Positions 1 through 9,666 of a stretch of DNA of 64,000 bases are shown here, piece by piece. Where the stretch lies: assembly GCA_020073495.1 (NCBI GenBank), contig JAIQFD010000007.1, positions 3,891-67,890 of the forward strand, written 5' to 3'. The first letter of the stretch is position 1. The number at the start of each line of letters is the position of its first letter. A program made the translations under genes and the position numbers. This DNA comes from Terriglobia bacterium (lineage in GTDB: Bacteria; Acidobacteriota; Terriglobia; Terriglobales; Acidobacteriaceae). The notes beneath the pieces are model-generated. The model was not told the origin of the DNA. It did no database searches and saw only the letters and a program-made list of their open reading frames with translations.

Positions 1-1
1 G

Positions 2-1402
2 GCGCCGGTGGACCACTGCCGCGTGCTGGAACTGGGCTGCGGCGAGGGCGGGCACACGATCCCGCTGGCCTATGCGTTACCCCAGAGCCAGTTCGTGGGC
101 GTGGACCTGTCGGAGGCGTCGATCAAAAGAGCGCGGGAGCTGGCCGCGCGGCTGGGATTGAACAACGCTGAGTTCCGCGCGCTGGACCTGACGCAGTTTC
201 CCGCCGACGCGGGAACCTTCGATTACATCATCGCGCACGGGCTGTACTCGTGGGTGCCGGAGGCGGTGCGGCAGGCGGTGCTGGAGGTCTGCGGCAAGCA
301 CCTCGCACCCGATGGCGTCGTCTACGTCAGCTACAACACCTATCCTGCCGGGCACCTGCGGCAGATCCCGCGAGACTTGATGCGCTTCCACACGCGGCAT
401 ATCTCCGATCCCGCGACCAAGGTGCGCGAGGCGCGCAACATCCTGGAATTCGTGATCTCGGCCATCCCGCAACCCACGCACGAGCGCGAGCTGCTGAAAA
501 GAGAATTGGCCGTGTACAAGAAATCCGATGCGTTCGTCTTCTTCGACCCGCTGTCGGAGACCAGCGACCCCTTCTACTTCCTGGACTTCATGGAACAGGC
601 GGCGGCGCACGGATTGCAGTTCGTCGCCGAGGCGGAGATCCAGAACATGCGGACGGCGCACCTGGTGGAGAACGTGCGCCGGCAACTGGACGCCATGACC
701 GACCGCCTGTTGCGTGAGCAGTACCTGGACTTCATCAACTGGCGAGGGTTCCGCCAGACCATCCTGTGCCGCGCTGGACACGACCTGGACCTGACCTTGG
801 TGCCGGAGCGCATGGAGTGGTTGATGATCATGTGCTCGATGAAGCCGGTGCAGCCGATCGCAGATCTGAACAGCGCGGAGAAGGTGGAGTTCAGGGATTT
901 CTATGCCCACACGGTGACCGTCGAGGAGCCGCTGCCCAAAGCGGTGTACCTCGAACTGGGCGAAAGATTCCCGCGCGCGGTTCGCTACGCCGAGCTGCGC
1001 GAGCGTGCCTGCCGACGGGTCGGGCTGGACGGCGGTCACCTGGAGGTGGAGACGGAGGCCAAGCTGATCCGCATGCTGGTGTCGTCGTACGCCAATGGGG
1101 TGGCGGAGTTCCACGTGTACCAGGGGCCGTTCTGCACCGAGGTCAGCGAGCGCCCGGTGGCCAGCGCACTGGCGCGCATCCAGGCCGAGGCAGGGACCCC
1201 GGTGACGTCGCTCTACCTCGCGGGCTTCACCATGGAAGACTCCGTGCTTCGCCGCCTGCTGCCGTTGCTGGACGGCACGCGCGACCATGCACAGTTGCTG
1301 AGCGATCTGCGCCAGTGTGTCAACGGCGATCAGGAGGTCACCGCCGAGACGATGGGGAAAGCATTGAAGACGCTGGCGGCCTACGGGATGCTGATGGGCT
1401 AG
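2..1402 (+). CDS. Class I SAM-dependent methyltransferase with a large C-terminal (regulatory-type) domain; 5' end cut by the window edge
   Basis: The frame is open from base 2, so the GTG at 8 is probably internal. SAM motif I VLELGCGEGG and the following VGVDLS are present, then ~330 aa of C-terminal domain. TAG at 1400-1402. Confidence 0.75.
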   Translation, partial: APVDHCRVLELGCGEGGHTIPLAYALPQSQFVGVDLSEASIKRARELAARLGLNNAEFRALDLTQFPADAGTFDYIIAHGLYSWVPEAVRQAVLEVCGKHLAPDGVVYVSYNTYPAGHLRQIPRDLMRFHTRHISDPATKVREARNILEFVISAIPQPTHERELLKRELAVYKKSDAFVFFDPLSETSDPFYFLDFMEQAAAHGLQFVAEAEIQNMRTAHLVENVRRQLDAMTDRLLREQYLDFINWRGFRQTILCRAGHDLDLTLVPERMEWLMIMCSMKPVQPIADLNSAEKVEFRDFYAHTVTVEEPLPKAVYLELGERFPRAVRYAELRERACRRVGLDGGHLEVETEAKLIRMLVSSYANGVAEFHVYQGPFCTEVSERPVASALARIQAEAGTPVTSLYLAGFTMEDSVLRRLLPLLDGTRDHAQLLSDLRQCVNGDQEVTAETMGKALKTLAAYGMLMG

Positions 1403-1410
1403 GATCTCGC

Positions 1411-3042
1411 CTATTTCTTTGCGAGATACTCCCTGGCGCGGTGCAGCTCCGGACCTTCATTCGCCTTTCCGCAGACATCCAGCAGCTTGGCGTAGAAGTC
1501 GCGAGCCTTGGCAACCTGACCGGCCTGTTCGGCGGCGCGCGCCGCCCCGTACAACCCGTTGAATCGGTTGGGCGCAGTCTTCAACGACGTTTCGTACTCG
1601 GCCAGGGCAGCCGCCGGTTGCATCAGCTCCAACAGGAAGTCGCCCAGCAATTCGCGCGCGGGCACGACCGGACCGGGGGTCATCGGGTCCTTGTCGCTGG
1701 TGTCCTCCAGTTCGGCGGCGGAGCGCATCAAGGGAAGGGCCTGGTCGTCCTTGCCCTCAAGGTGGAGAAGCCACGCCGCAGCCTCGCGACGCTGAATCTC
1801 GACTTGGCCGGCCCAGTACTGGCTGGGAGCCTCCTTCGACGCGAGCAGAGTGTTCTCGAGCGACTGAAGCTTATCCACATCGAAGCGTGCGGCGTCCAGG
1901 TCCCCCATGTGCGCGGCGCCGAGAGCACGCGCCCACCAGGTGATGGCTTCTGCGGCGGGCCAGGTGCCGGTCCGCGGCATCAGGAAGGCGGCTCCGGTCC
2001 AGTGGCGGCGCTCGACGGTGAAGCGAGCGGGAATGGCAGCCAGCGCGTACCAGGACTTGGGGCTGGGGGCCTGCGGATTAGTAAGGATGGTTGCCTCCTC
2101 CAAGACGCGGCGAGCCTCGCCTTCCTGCCCGCTTTGCAGAAAGGCGTAAGCCAGGTAGTCCATGGCGTGCAGGCGCTCGTCCCAGGGACCGGGCAGGCGC
2201 GCCTGGAGTTCGTAGTCGCGTGCCGCGGCCGCGGAGGCAAGGTTCGAGGAGATGGCCTCCTGCCAGTAGCCCAGGCGAACGAAGATGTGCGACGGCATGT
2301 GCAACGCGTGCGGCACGTCGGGAGCAATCTTGGCGTAAGCGCGCGCGGCTCCCAGCCCCTGCTGCGCAAGGACCGGGTTGTCGTAGCTGTGGATGATGAA
2401 GTGTGTGAGCCCGGGATGGTTCGGCTGCAGCGGGTAGATCTTTTCCAGAATCGCGCCCGCCTGCTTCTGGTTGGCGAAAGTCTTGTCGGTCTTGGGAGCG
2501 GTAGCCAGCAACGCGAGGGCGTAGAGGATGGCACCTTCTCGGTCGTCGGGATAGCGGGCGCTCAGATCGGCCATGGCCTTCTCGTAAGCCAGGGCGCGGG
2601 CACGATGCTCGAGTTTGTCGGAGTCTTTGTAGAAGGCTTCGATGGCTGCGATGTAAGCGCGCTCGCGGTCGGTTGAGGCGCCGACGGCCCTGGCCTTCTC
2701 CACCGCCGCCAATCCCAGCTTCAGCTCTTCCTTATTGGGAGGCGGGGTCCAAAGCTGGTGCCAGCCGCTCATGGCGACGCCCCAGTAAGCCATCGCACAG
2801 CGCGGGTCGGTGTCGGCGATGGCGGCGAATGCCTTGCCCGATTCCTCATACCAGAAGGAATAGAGCATGGCCAGCGCGACGTCGAATTGCTGCTGTGCGG
2901 AGGCCGAGCAGGAGATCGGGAAGTGAACCCTGCCCAGGCGCTCCATGTTCCCGAAGTGCGAATGCTGATGCTCGTCGGCGAGAGCTGGAACGACCGCAAG
3001 GAAGAGAATGGCCGTGGTCAAGCAGGCCATGCGGAACGACAT
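1411..3042 (-). CDS. Secreted TPR-like helical-repeat protein
   Basis: Signal peptide MSFRMACLTTAILFLAVVPALA. The remainder is A/L/Y/E-rich helical pairs, e.g. AALAEYETSLKTAPNRFNGLYGAARAAEQAGQVAKARDFYAKLL. 543 codons, ATG at 3042. Confidence 0.7.
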   Translation of the reverse strand: MSFRMACLTTAILFLAVVPALADEHQHSHFGNMERLGRVHFPISCSASAQQQFDVALAMLYSFWYEESGKAFAAIADTDPRCAMAYWGVAMSGWHQLWTPPPNKEELKLGLAAVEKARAVGASTDRERAYIAAIEAFYKDSDKLEHRARALAYEKAMADLSARYPDDREGAILYALALLATAPKTDKTFANQKQAGAILEKIYPLQPNHPGLTHFIIHSYDNPVLAQQGLGAARAYAKIAPDVPHALHMPSHIFVRLGYWQEAISSNLASAAAARDYELQARLPGPWDERLHAMDYLAYAFLQSGQEGEARRVLEEATILTNPQAPSPKSWYALAAIPARFTVERRHWTGAAFLMPRTGTWPAAEAITWWARALGAAHMGDLDAARFDVDKLQSLENTLLASKEAPSQYWAGQVEIQRREAAAWLLHLEGKDDQALPLMRSAAELEDTSDKDPMTPGPVVPARELLGDFLLELMQPAAALAEYETSLKTAPNRFNGLYGAARAAEQAGQVAKARDFYAKLLDVCGKANEGPELHRAREYLAKK

Positions 3043-3145
3043 GAATCACCTCTCCGCTGTATCTTTCAAGACGTTAAGGAAGGTCGCCCGGAAAGTGGCG
3101 GGATTATAGCCGCGCGGTTCGTGTTTGCCTAGCGCGCATGGCGAC

Positions 3146-5392
3146 CTAAGAGGAAGCGACGGCCGCGCTCTTGCCGTTGGAGATCATGGCGTAAATCTCC
3201 TCGGCGGTGCAGACCTCGTAGTAGAGGCGGTCGGTCCAGGACCTCAGAGTGAAATCGGCGGCGTTGATGTGCGGGATGCGTCCTTCGCGCACGGCGATGA
3301 GGTGGAAGCCGCCGGAGGGCACCGGCACCATGCCGGCGTAGATCTTCGCCGAGGTCTCGCCCAGCACGGTGGGGAGGGGCAGCTCGCGTTCCTCCAGCGA
3401 GATCTCGGTCTTCAGCTTATTGAAGGCGGCCTGGTTGATGTGGATGCCGCCGATGTTGTAGCGCACCAGGAATTCGTCGGGGATGCCGCCGGTGTCGGCG
3501 TCGTTCACCGTCTGGAAGGAGAAGACGGTGAACGGGGTCTGGTTGCCGGACAGGTAGTTGCGCGCGCCCTTGCTGCAGGAGGAGAGGCGGTCGCTCTCGT
3601 TGAGCGCCTTGGAGATCATGATGCGGTTGGTGCCGTCCATGAGGTACATGGGCGGCGAGTCCTGGAAAGAAATGCCGATGCCCAGCTCCAGGACGGGTAA
3701 CCCCTGCTCCTGCGACTTGCGGTTATAGGCGCGGACGATGTCGATCATCTCCCTGGCCAGGACGCAGATCTGGGCGACTCCGAACTGGGCCTCGCCCTCG
3801 CGCTCGAACATGGCGAGGATGACGGCGTCGCCCTCGATGAAGACCTTGGTCGCGCCGTACTGCGGCAGCAGCTTGTTAATCGGGTCGTAGAAGTTCAAGG
3901 AGAAATACGAGGCCGGGTTGAGGCCGCGCTCGAACAGGGTGCGGGTGAGGGTGGTGGAGTCACGGATGTCGGCCTTGAGGACGACGTGGTCGATGACCTT
4001 CTCCTCGACCGGCTTCAGCTCCTCCGGCAGCAGGAACTCGTAGAGCGTGCTGTTGATGGAGGAGAGCTGGCGAAGGCGGTCATTGGCCAGGACATTGACC
4101 AGCTCGGTGGCCTCGTTGAGCGCCTCCAGGCGGCGCAGGTCGCGGTGGTAGCGCATGAAGTCCACCAGGAAGCGGCCGGCGATCTTGGCGCGGTCGCCGC
4201 CCTTCATGCCGTCGATACGCTTGATCGCGGTATGCAGGTTGGCCGGCGAGATCTTGCCGTGGCTCTCCAACAGGGCTTCCACGCGCTTGCGCTCGTCCTT
4301 GGAAATGAGCGCGTTCTTGAGCTGCTGGGCGTTGATGGGGGGCGAATACTGCGCCAGCAGAGGCACGACTTCGTAGGACGAGATGACGTGCCCCATGATG
4401 CCGGCGTTCTCCAGCGTGGTCTGCCACTCCTGGAGGACCGCCTTCTGGCCTTTGCCCTTGGGGGTGTTCTCGTCGGGAGCGCCGCCGGCCAGCAGCTCCT
4501 GGGCGTTGTCGGGCACGTTGAGCTGGTAATCGAGCGTGCCCTCGCTCTCGCCTTCCTTGAGCACGCCCAGGGCCTTCAGGAAAGAACAGGCGACCTCGAG
4601 CATGGTGCCGAAGCGGTCGGGATCGTTCTCGTAGTTGCCGAGCATGACGTAGTGCTCGGCGTTCAGGTAATCGTCGCGGCCGTCCTCGGTGAACAGCAGG
4701 CGGTTGAGGAAGAGATCGTACTCGTTCTTGTGATTCTCGCCGAAGAGGGAGCGGCGCATCTTTCCCAAGGTCTCTTTCTCAATGTCACGGACGGTGGTGA
4801 ACATGTCCTGGCCGACACGGCGCAGGACAGATCTCTTGTTGACCTGGAAGTGCCAGAAGCGCTCGCGAACCTCTACCGCCTTCTGTGGGTTGGGCTGGCG
4901 CGGGCCCTCGAAGGTCTTGACCTTGGCGCTGCAGCGCTGCAGGACCTCGTTGTATTGCGTGGTCAGCTCGGTGCGCAGGAGCTTGACCACGGCCAGGCGG
5001 AGAAGCAGATCCAGGTGCTGGTTGTCGTCCGTCTTGGCGCGATTCAGGGCGCCGACGTGCAGCTCGGACATCATGCGCTTGAATTCGGCGGGGTCGGCGG
5101 GCTTCTCCTTCGGCTGCTGCTCGGCGGGGCGGATGACGGAGGGCGGGCGGTAGCTGATGGTCTGCTCCTGGACCAGGAGCGGCTCCACGTTGCCGTACTT
5201 GGCGATGAGGCGGACGATGTGCTGGCGGGCAGCGTCGCAGAATTTATGGCTGAGCCAGACGTCGTGGCGGACGTTGTCCACGCCGGTGACCAGGCCCAGG
5301 AGCGGGAGCTCCGGCTTGTACGTCGCCAAGCTGAGCTGGCGAAGGTGCTCCTCGAGGTTGCCGCGCTGTAGAAACGAAAATGGCATTGCCAC
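3146..5392 (-). CDS. Large cytoplasmic protein with a C-terminal class III nucleotidyl-cyclase-like domain
   Basis: 748-codon ORF (GTG 5392 or ATG 5386). The segment VVLKADIRDSTTL...KVFIEGDAVILAMF...ELGIGISF...ISKALNESDRL has the layout and Asp positions of class III adenylyl/guanylyl cyclase cores. The N-terminal ~470 aa is unrecognised and has no TM segments. Confidence 0.6.
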   Translation of the reverse strand: MAMPFSFLQRGNLEEHLRQLSLATYKPELPLLGLVTGVDNVRHDVWLSHKFCDAARQHIVRLIAKYGNVEPLLVQEQTISYRPPSVIRPAEQQPKEKPADPAEFKRMMSELHVGALNRAKTDDNQHLDLLLRLAVVKLLRTELTTQYNEVLQRCSAKVKTFEGPRQPNPQKAVEVRERFWHFQVNKRSVLRRVGQDMFTTVRDIEKETLGKMRRSLFGENHKNEYDLFLNRLLFTEDGRDDYLNAEHYVMLGNYENDPDRFGTMLEVACSFLKALGVLKEGESEGTLDYQLNVPDNAQELLAGGAPDENTPKGKGQKAVLQEWQTTLENAGIMGHVISSYEVVPLLAQYSPPINAQQLKNALISKDERKRVEALLESHGKISPANLHTAIKRIDGMKGGDRAKIAGRFLVDFMRYHRDLRRLEALNEATELVNVLANDRLRQLSSINSTLYEFLLPEELKPVEEKVIDHVVLKADIRDSTTLTRTLFERGLNPASYFSLNFYDPINKLLPQYGATKVFIEGDAVILAMFEREGEAQFGVAQICVLAREMIDIVRAYNRKSQEQGLPVLELGIGISFQDSPPMYLMDGTNRIMISKALNESDRLSSCSKGARNYLSGNQTPFTVFSFQTVNDADTGGIPDEFLVRYNIGGIHINQAAFNKLKTEISLEERELPLPTVLGETSAKIYAGMVPVPSGGFHLIAVREGRIPHINAADFTLRSWTDRLYYEVCTAEEIYAMISNGKSAAVASS

Positions 5393-5714
5393 GAACGGCC
5401 GCGTGCACCAGACGCACGCAGGCTGCCTATCGCGCCGGGGGCTTTAGCGGGCGAGAGTATCACCGTTGGGGCAGCCCTGCCAACGCTAGAAGCGTTACCC
5501 ATCGAGTGCCGGCGCCCCGGCCTCAGTAGAAACCGGAGGCCTGGCTTTTCCTGCGGGCCGCCTCGAACTCGTCCGGCCGCTCCCAACCGATGAGAACGGG
5601 CAAAGTGGCGGCACGCCAGCCCAGCGCGAAGCCGAAGCGCAGGAGGACTGACCCGTCACCGAAATCAGCGTTGAAATCCGTTCGGACTGACGTTTTGGCT
5701 GCCTGCGTGGGCGA

Positions 5715-5770
5715 GATCCTTCGCTCGGCACGCCCTACCCCAGGGCGCGCCTCGCTCAGAATGACAGGGA
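5715..5770. repeat. Bipartite intergenic repeat element (CYTCGCTC half-sites; translates as ...SLRMT...)
   Basis: gatccttcgctcggcacgccctaccccagggcgcgcctcgctcagaatgacaggg. Related copies lie at 13589-13633 and, in reverse orientation, at 51070-51130. Confidence 0.6.
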
Positions 5771-5825
5771 TGAAGATCTGTCGATAGTTCCTTCGATCCG
5801 CGACCGCGGATCAGTTCAGGGAGCC

Positions 5826-6323
5826 TCAACCGGCCTTGAATTCGGGGACGTCCTCGCCCGGCTTGAAGACCGGCTTAGGCTTGGCGCCGGCGGCCTGGGC
5901 CACCCGACGGTTGATTACCTCGATGCCCGCCTTCGACCAGCCCACGCTGGAGAGCGCGATGCCGCCATCGGGTTCGACCAGGAAGATGGTGGGGACATTG
6001 GTGAGTCCGTAGGCGTTCGAGGCCGTGTACTTGTCGGAGGGATCGATGCCCAGCGGGAAGGTGATGCCGTACTCGCGGGCAAAGGCCTTGGTGTCGATTC
6101 TGTCGTCCTGCGAGATGCCGAGGAACGTGAACTTATCACCGGGGTAGGCCTTGTAGATGCGCTCCAGGTAGGGGAGCGTCATCTGGCAGATGGGACACGA
6201 GATCTTGAAGAATGCCGCAATCACGGGGCCGCGCTGGAGTGATTCCCTAAGAGAAACGGCGCGGCCATCGGTGGTGGTGAGTTTGAGTTCCGGTGCGGTG
6301 ACGCCGGTGACCAATGCTGCCAT
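5826..6323 (-). CDS. Thioredoxin-fold redoxin (TlpA / AhpC-TSA-like thiol:disulfide oxidoreductase)
   Basis: Internal ATG at 6323 preceded by GGAGGAGG. CxxC motif FFKISCPICQ in thioredoxin-fold sequence. The 302-aa ORF-track version is an R/P-rich upstream extension overlapping mutY. Confidence 0.8.
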   Translation of the reverse strand: MAALVTGVTAPELKLTTTDGRAVSLRESLQRGPVIAAFFKISCPICQMTLPYLERIYKAYPGDKFTFLGISQDDRIDTKAFAREYGITFPLGIDPSDKYTASNAYGLTNVPTIFLVEPDGGIALSSVGWSKAGIEVINRRVAQAAGAKPKPVFKPGEDVPEFKAG

Positions 6324-6343
6324 GAGCCTCCTCCGACTGACCG

Positions 6344-7357
6344 CTATTGGATGATCCGGAAGTGGCGAAGGATTTTCCTTGTGAGACCGGTCAGGGGCAG
6401 GCGGGAGAGACGGTGGAGCGGGACCCACTCGCCGCCGCGGGAGGCCGCCTTCACCACGCGCACGCGATAGTCGGTAGTGGTGATGGAGTGGCGGAACACG
6501 GCGGCGGGGCGGAGGTTGCCCCCTGCTGCCGGCGGGAGTTCCCACATCCCGGGCATCAGGCTCTCGGAGTCGGGCCGCCGGCGCAGGCGCAGGCAGCCGT
6601 TGCGCAAGGCCAGGGCATAGGCGATCGCGCGCCGGTGGCGCTTCTCGCTTGGGACAGCCGCCTCGGCTTTCGTCGCCGACAGGCGGGGCGCCTGTCCCAC
6701 ACGGCACCAGCGCGCGATCGGGCACTGGGGGCACAGAGGCGTGACGGGCAGGCAGATGGTCGCGCCCAGCTCCATCATCGCCTGATTGAAATCTCCCGGA
6801 TTCTCATGGCACAGGAGATGCTCCGCCACATCCCACAACCCGCGCGGCGACGAACCGTTCAGCTCGAACAGGCGGCGCAGGATGCGCTCCACGTTGCCGT
6901 CCACCACGGCCACGGGTTCTGCGAAGGCGATGCTGGCGATGGCCGCCGCCGTGTAGCGTCCGATCCCCGGCAGTTGCTGCCATTCGGCCGCCGTGATCGG
7001 AAAGACGCCTTCGCGCTGGCGGACGATCTCGCGCGCGGCGCGGTGCAGCAGGCGTGCGCGGCGGTAGTAGCCAAGCCCGCTCCAGACGGCCAGCACTGCC
7101 GACTCCGGGGCACGCGCCAACGCTTCGGGGCTCGGGAACCGCCGCAGGAATCGCTCGTAGTGCTCCAGGACCGCGGCCACGCGGGTTTGCTGCAGCATGA
7201 TCTCCGATACCCACGTGCAGTAGGGGTCGGAGATGCCGCGCCACGGCAGTTCCCGTTGATGAGCGCCATACCAGCGCAACAGTCGGCCGCGCAATGCGGT
7301 CAATGCCCGTGGCGGGAGCCCGGTCCGCTCAGTGAAGGCTGCGACGCTGTGCGGCAT
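6344..7357 (-). CDS. mutY: A/G-specific adenine DNA glycosylase
   Basis: ELPWR...DPYCTWVSEIMLQQTRV, HhH motif LPGIGRYTAAAI, Fe-S loop CLPVTPLCPQCPIARWC (C-x6-C-x2-C-x5-C), and a C-terminal NUDIX-like domain. Confidence 0.9.
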   Translation of the reverse strand: MPHSVAAFTERTGLPPRALTALRGRLLRWYGAHQRELPWRGISDPYCTWVSEIMLQQTRVAAVLEHYERFLRRFPSPEALARAPESAVLAVWSGLGYYRRARLLHRAAREIVRQREGVFPITAAEWQQLPGIGRYTAAAIASIAFAEPVAVVDGNVERILRRLFELNGSSPRGLWDVAEHLLCHENPGDFNQAMMELGATICLPVTPLCPQCPIARWCRVGQAPRLSATKAEAAVPSEKRHRRAIAYALALRNGCLRLRRRPDSESLMPGMWELPPAAGGNLRPAAVFRHSITTTDYRVRVVKAASRGGEWVPLHRLSRLPLTGLTRKILRHFRIIQ

Positions 7358-7369
7358 GAGTGACGATTC

Positions 7370-7831
7370 CTAGTCAGTCGCCGGGGTGTGCGCGCGCGAG
7401 ATCAGCAACCAGTTCTTGTCGATCTTCTGCCAGGTGCTGGTCATGCGATACTTATTGGACGAAAGCGGCTTGCCGTCGCGGGTGGCGTTGATGTGCGCGA
7501 CGTAGGTCACCACCACCACGTCACCCCCGCTGGGGCGGACCGTGATGTCACCCAGGGTGAGATCGGTGATCTGCAGGTGCTCGAAGTACTCCAGCGCCGC
7601 GAGCTTTTCGTGGATGCCGGTCGGACCGACATAGACGAACGTCGGCGCCACGTGCCGTTCCAGATCGCTCCAATCCTTTGCCTTCACCGTATCCCAGAAG
7701 AGCCGCTCCAGGTGCTCGCCACCGGTGGCGGAAGACCAGGCGCGGACCGGCTTGTCGCTCCACATGGTGCAGCCCGAGCAGAAGGTCAGGAGGAGGACAA
7801 CTGCACAGGTCAGCGCAGCGCGTGGCGTCAT
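7370..7831 (-). CDS. Lipoprotein with an NTF2/SnoaL-like (DUF4440-type) domain
   Basis: ATG at 7831 gives MTPRAALTCAVVLLLTFCSGC (lipobox). The longer ORF-track start at 7909 would run through the terminator hairpin at 7875-7903. Confidence 0.6.
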   Translation of the reverse strand: MTPRAALTCAVVLLLTFCSGCTMWSDKPVRAWSSATGGEHLERLFWDTVKAKDWSDLERHVAPTFVYVGPTGIHEKLAALEYFEHLQITDLTLGDITVRPSGGDVVVVTYVAHINATRDGKPLSSNKYRMTSTWQKIDKNWLLISRAHTPATD

Positions 7832-7874
7832 GCCGGCGATTGTACCGCACAGGAACGTAAGCCCGAAGGGTGAT

Positions 7875-7903
7875 TGAAAAAGCGCGGCACGGGCTGCCGC
7901 GCT
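7875..7903 (-). terminator. Intrinsic terminator after radical SAM paralog 1
   Basis: On the minus strand: AGCGCGGCA-gcccg-TGCCGCGCT (9-bp GC stem) followed by TTTTTCAATCA, 24 nt after the stop at 7927. Confidence 0.65.
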
Positions 7904-7926
7904 ATTCACAATCCACTACCCGGTCC

Positions 7927-9666
7927 TCAGCACTTCTTTCCGCAGATCTCCACCAGCTCCGGCTTGGCGCCATTGCCGTTGCCATTGCTCTTGGCCTTGG
8001 CGATCGCCGCGGTATCCAATTGGTTGAGCCGGGCCTCGAGCGGGACCGAGAACTTGCGCTCGATCTTCTCGCGGAAGACCGGCCCCGAGTTGTAGGCGCA
8101 GAAGGGGTAGATCAGTCCGTCGGGCGCCGAGTAGTGGATGACGCAGCGCTTCACGCGCTCGATGTCGTAATTGTAAGAATCCATGAAGTGCATGCACGAC
8201 ACCAGCAGGGTGCGGTAGCTGAACTTGCCGTCCATGCCGTCGCGGCCGAGCTTCTTGTCGGTAAAGCCCTGCAGGGTCTGGAGGAAGCGGGTGAAATCCA
8301 GCCCCGGCGGCGCGAACTCGGGCTTGAAGTGCTTGCGCAGCGAGTTCCAGGCGTCCAGCTTGTGGAAGAACTTGAAGTGCGCCTTCTCGGTCCTGGCGGC
8401 GATGCGGTCCATGTCGCGCAGGATCCCGGGCACGTCGATGAAGCGCGTCACCGGTACGGCCTTGCGGCTCTTCTCGTCCACGAACAGGTACGTCCCCAGC
8501 GAGCAGTGCGGATGGCAGGTCAGGGTGGTGATGGGCTCGCCGCGCATGGCCGAGACCAGGCGGGAGAACGGCGCCACGCAGGCCAGCGGGAACCAGTCGT
8601 CGTAGGTATCCAGCACGCCCGTCTGCTCCGATACGCAATGGGCCACGTCGGTCGAGGTGAATCGCTTGTCCGCCAGCTCGTTGCGGTTGATGCGCCCGGT
8701 AAAGGTCACGGGCTGGTACACGATGGCGGTGATCACGTCGATGTTGTCCAGCGCCAGTTGCAGGATCTTGCCGATCTCGTGGTCGTTCACGCCTTTGACG
8801 ATGGTGGGAACGAAGACGATCTTCATGCCCGCCTGGCGCGCGCTCTCGATGCACTTAAGCTTCATCTCGTAGAGCGACTCGCCGCGGGTGCGCTGGTAGA
8901 TCTCGTCGCAGGTACCGTCGAATTGCAGGTAGAGCGTGGTCAGGCCGTGGTCCCTGGCCTGGCGCGCGAAGGCGGGATCGGAGAGCAGGATGCCGTTGGT
9001 GGCGGCCTGCACGTGGCTGAAGCCCATCTCGCGCGCGGCAGCGCAGATTTCCATGAACTGCGGGTGGAGCGTGGGCTCACCGCCGGAAAACTGCACCACG
9101 CGCCCGGCCACCGGCTTCTCGTCGCGCAGGCGCTGGAGCATCCCCTTGATGGTCTCGAAATCCGGCTCGTAGAGGTAGCCCTGCACGTTGGCATTGGCGA
9201 AGCATACGGGGCAGGTCAGGTTGCAGCGGTTGGTCAGATCGATGTTGGCCAGGCCGGTGTGGGACATGTGCATGGAGCAGAGACCGCAGTCGTCGGGACA
9301 AATTGTGGCGTCTTGCACGGCGGGATTGGACAGGCCGCGGCCGTCGCCAAAGCTGAACTCCTCCGCCTTCAGGTACAGGCGGACGTCGGACCAGACCGTG
9401 TCCTTGAAATCGCCGTGGTCCGGGCAGGTCTTCTCCATCATGACCCGGCCGTTCTCTTCGAACAGGCGCGCGTCGATGACCCGGATGCATTCCGGGCAAA
9501 GCGACTGCGTGGTCTTGGGCAAGCCCTTTTGCAGCGGCTCGATGCGCGCACCGGTGTAGGTGGTGCGGGGCTGGAGGATGTTGAGTTCTTTCCCCGCCTT
9601 CACCGTCTTATGGCTTGCGACGCTCGGCATTGGTGTCTGGGTTTCCGGGATCGTCCGTGTGCTCAC
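7927..9666 (-). CDS. Radical SAM enzyme, Tes/GDGT-MAS-like architecture (paralog 1)
   Basis: GTG at 9666 lies 6 nt after AGGAGA; the ORF-track start at 9705 is also a GTG but has no SD. Motifs: CPECI...CPDHG knuckle, CPDDCGLC, IDLTNRCNLTCPVCFANA (CX3CX2C), FSGGEPTL, TCHPHCS, PFCAYN. C-terminal NGNGNG tail. Confidence 0.8.
   Translation of the reverse strand: MSTRTIPETQTPMPSVASHKTVKAGKELNILQPRTTYTGARIEPLQKGLPKTTQSLCPECIRVIDARLFEENGRVMMEKTCPDHGDFKDTVWSDVRLYLKAEEFSFGDGRGLSNPAVQDATICPDDCGLCSMHMSHTGLANIDLTNRCNLTCPVCFANANVQGYLYEPDFETIKGMLQRLRDEKPVAGRVVQFSGGEPTLHPQFMEICAAAREMGFSHVQAATNGILLSDPAFARQARDHGLTTLYLQFDGTCDEIYQRTRGESLYEMKLKCIESARQAGMKIVFVPTIVKGVNDHEIGKILQLALDNIDVITAIVYQPVTFTGRINRNELADKRFTSTDVAHCVSEQTGVLDTYDDWFPLACVAPFSRLVSAMRGEPITTLTCHPHCSLGTYLFVDEKSRKAVPVTRFIDVPGILRDMDRIAARTEKAHFKFFHKLDAWNSLRKHFKPEFAPPGLDFTRFLQTLQGFTDKKLGRDGMDGKFSYRTLLVSCMHFMDSYNYDIERVKRCVIHYSAPDGLIYPFCAYNSGPVFREKIERKFSVPLEARLNQLDTAAIAKAKSNGNGNGAKPELVEICGKKC
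7968..7988 (-). repeat. Short hexanucleotide (GTTGCC-type) tract encoding NGNGNG
   Basis: gccattgccgttgccattgct on the plus strand. It encodes the Asn-Gly repeat at the C-terminus of paralog 1. Confidence 0.7.

Noticed and set aside
77-2676. ORFs 77-1288 (-), 250-717 (+) and 766-2676 (+) overlapping the methyltransferase and TPR genes.
   Set aside because: They are R/G/A/P-rich antisense or off-frame products without motifs. The chosen frames have SAM motif I and a signal peptide with TPR-like repeats.
5826-6734. 302-aa version of the redoxin ORF; the same issue applies to 36917-37789, 55012-56832, 56432-57544, 27538-28563 and 7370-7909.
   Set aside because: The upstream extensions are R/P-rich, overlap the preceding gene out of frame, and in one case cross a terminator. 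Internal ATG/GTG starts with SD sequences give products of normal family length.
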